A stretch of DNA of 64,000 nucleotides from Azolla caroliniana (Eukaryota; Plantae; Polypodiophyta): positions 3,224,001 through 3,288,000 of the forward strand of contig JBHGNT010000005.1 in the NCBI GenBank assembly GCA_043228905.1, in the 5' to 3' direction. This document shows, one piece after another, positions 61,966-64,000 of the stretch. Position 1 is the stretch's first letter, and each line of letters opens with the position of its first letter. Under the pieces are notes generated by a model. It saw nothing but the letters and a program-made list of their open reading frames with translations, made no database searches and had not been told where the DNA came from. The translations under genes were made by a program, and so were the position numbers.

Positions 61966-64000
61966 GCCTCATAGTTGTAGAATTCTTAGCATAGAGTATG
62001 CCTGTAATATATGTGCTGCTTATTCTTAAGATAAAATACGTAGGATACTTCTTATATTTGTATTGCATCTAACTACTGGTTTTTGGCCAGACTTTAGTTA
62101 ATTCAATAAATTATGAAAATTTAGAATACGTCAAATATCTTGAAATGGCAGTCCTATTACGTAGAATACGTGTTAATACTTCAGAGTATTCTGATATGTA
62201 TTTTGTACATAAATTACATGTTTTTTAACAAGTGTGTGTAGCCTTAACCAGTAAGCTTTATAACATATATTTCTGAAATCTGAAAAGGTTCATATGAATG
62301 CCTAGTAAGCTTGGAAACAAATGTAAGAGTACCCATCACGAAGTTCAAACGTAAGTCCATGACAGTGATGGTCAACGGCTTTTTTCTCTTAGTTTGAGTC
62401 TTTTCAATGCAAACTTACCTTCAGCTTCAGTTGCTGATCTTGGACATATTTGTTGGGCTCAAAAATCCTATCATTTGAATAAAAAAATGGTTGGACATTT
62501 CTCCTTTCATCTACTATCTGAAAAGGAGCCTTACCTATTGATGTATTCATAATATTATTGTAGGCATTTTCAACTAATAAATAAATAGTGTTCCCAACAT
62601 GCTGTTCATCTGTCTGTGGATGAAAACTTTAAGATAGTATCCATTTTCTCAATCAAGCTCTTTAAAATAGACTTGTCATCCCTGGGTTTCAGTCACAAAC
62701 TATCGATAAGGGCATGCCATGGTAGGTATAGATATTATTCATATATATTTTAACCATGTCTTCTGACATGATCTTCTTCTTGATGGGAATAAAATGAGGT
62801 CACTTAGGGAATTTACATATGGTAGTCAAATTCCTGTTTGTAATCTTCAAACTTCAAAAGTTGAGTCGTGCTCTCGAGACAGGGAGAGAATGTTAAGCAT
62901 GTGATTTGGTCCAGCTCATATCTGTAAAGTCCCCAGGTGGGTGACCACAAACCCGGCATCATGTTCTTGTTCGGTTCTCCCAGGTGTGGAACATGATGGG
63001 TTCTGTGTGAAGGGGAAACACACATGTCAACATTGACATATCTCTACTTTGAGCTGGAATCTATACATATTTCCAAGAAATAGCATTGGGTGATAGTGTG
63101 GACAACCCACATGTATTTATATTAAAAACATTTATGAAGTATTCTTAACTAAATCTTTATAGCATCAATTAAATGCGGAAAAGCCTCAAACTATGCTCTA
63201 GCAAGAAGCTTTATTAAGCATACTTGGGTTCTAGTAGATAAAGTTGTAAAAGATGAGCTGAATCTGCTTACACCAGCTTCCATACACTTTGCATTCATCG
63301 GTGAATATTTCTTAAGGGTTTAGGGTTTCTGTCTGTAGGTGCCAAAATCTGTTTGGAAAGATAAATTTCATCCAATTCTTTTAATTCGGGCTGTTCTTCA
63401 AACAGTATATCCTCTTGTATGTCACTTATAATATAAAAGTTCAAGACTTACATGCAATGCATTATCTATCCTCCACCCTTCGGGTAACCTTAGCTGGTAA
63501 AGCCTCATCACATATATTTTCTCAAATAATGAAAAAATAAATTGTAGAAACAACTTAAAGAGTACCCATCACAGGGTGCAAATGCAAGTACAAGGCGATG
63601 GTGATCAACTGCTTTCATTTTTTAGATTGAGTCTTTTCAATGGACATTTGTTGGCCTCAAAAATCCTATTCTTTGAATGCAAAAAGGGTTGTATTTTTCT
63701 CCGTAGTTCCACTATCTCAAAAGGAACTTTACTGTTGATATATGCACAATGGTACTGTATGCATTTTCAGCTAACGTTAAATAGTGTTCCATGCAGTTTT
63801 ATGCTTTGAAGCATAGTATCTAAGCAAATCTAATGCCCCTCTGTCAGTGGATGAAAACTGTAAGAAAGTATACATTTTCTCAAACAAGCTGTAGAAAATA
63901 TACTTGGTGTTCTTGGGTTTCAGTCACTGACCATATACAAGGGCACGCCATGGTAATTAAAAATATTATGCATGTATATTTTCACTGTGTTTTTTGACTT

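Overview
Land-plant nuclear DNA, probably a non-seed plant such as a fern (inferred from Tcn1-like chromoviruses and a PLS-type PPR relic). The only apparently intact host gene is a two-exon family-1 UDP-glycosyltransferase (UGT; minus strand, 10838-10292 + 10123-9108, ~520 aa). Two further UGT fragments, two UTP6 exon relics, a CBS/PB1-protein 3' end and a PPR relic are also present. Most of the rest is a deep transposon nest that can be resolved by target-site duplications (TSDs). A solo LTR (18116-~53907) contains a non-autonomous hAT with 17-bp TIRs and an 8-bp TSD (19002-53730) that carries captured host exons. The hAT contains a chromovirus (21707-52730). Its gag is split by ~4 kb of UGT-locus DNA, itself hit by two copia elements. 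Its pol is split by a second gypsy element that has an extra ORF and two solo-LTR insertions. Most notable signals: (i) two different chromovirus families lack a tRNA PBS and instead have a PBS complementary to their own predicted transcript 5' end (Tf1-style self-priming), with tRNA-like A/B-box sequence at the U3 end; (ii) an 864-bp inversion shown by swapped TSDs and a rejoined LINE frame; (iii) gene capture by the hAT and inside the chromovirus. All calls are from reading by eye; no searches were run.
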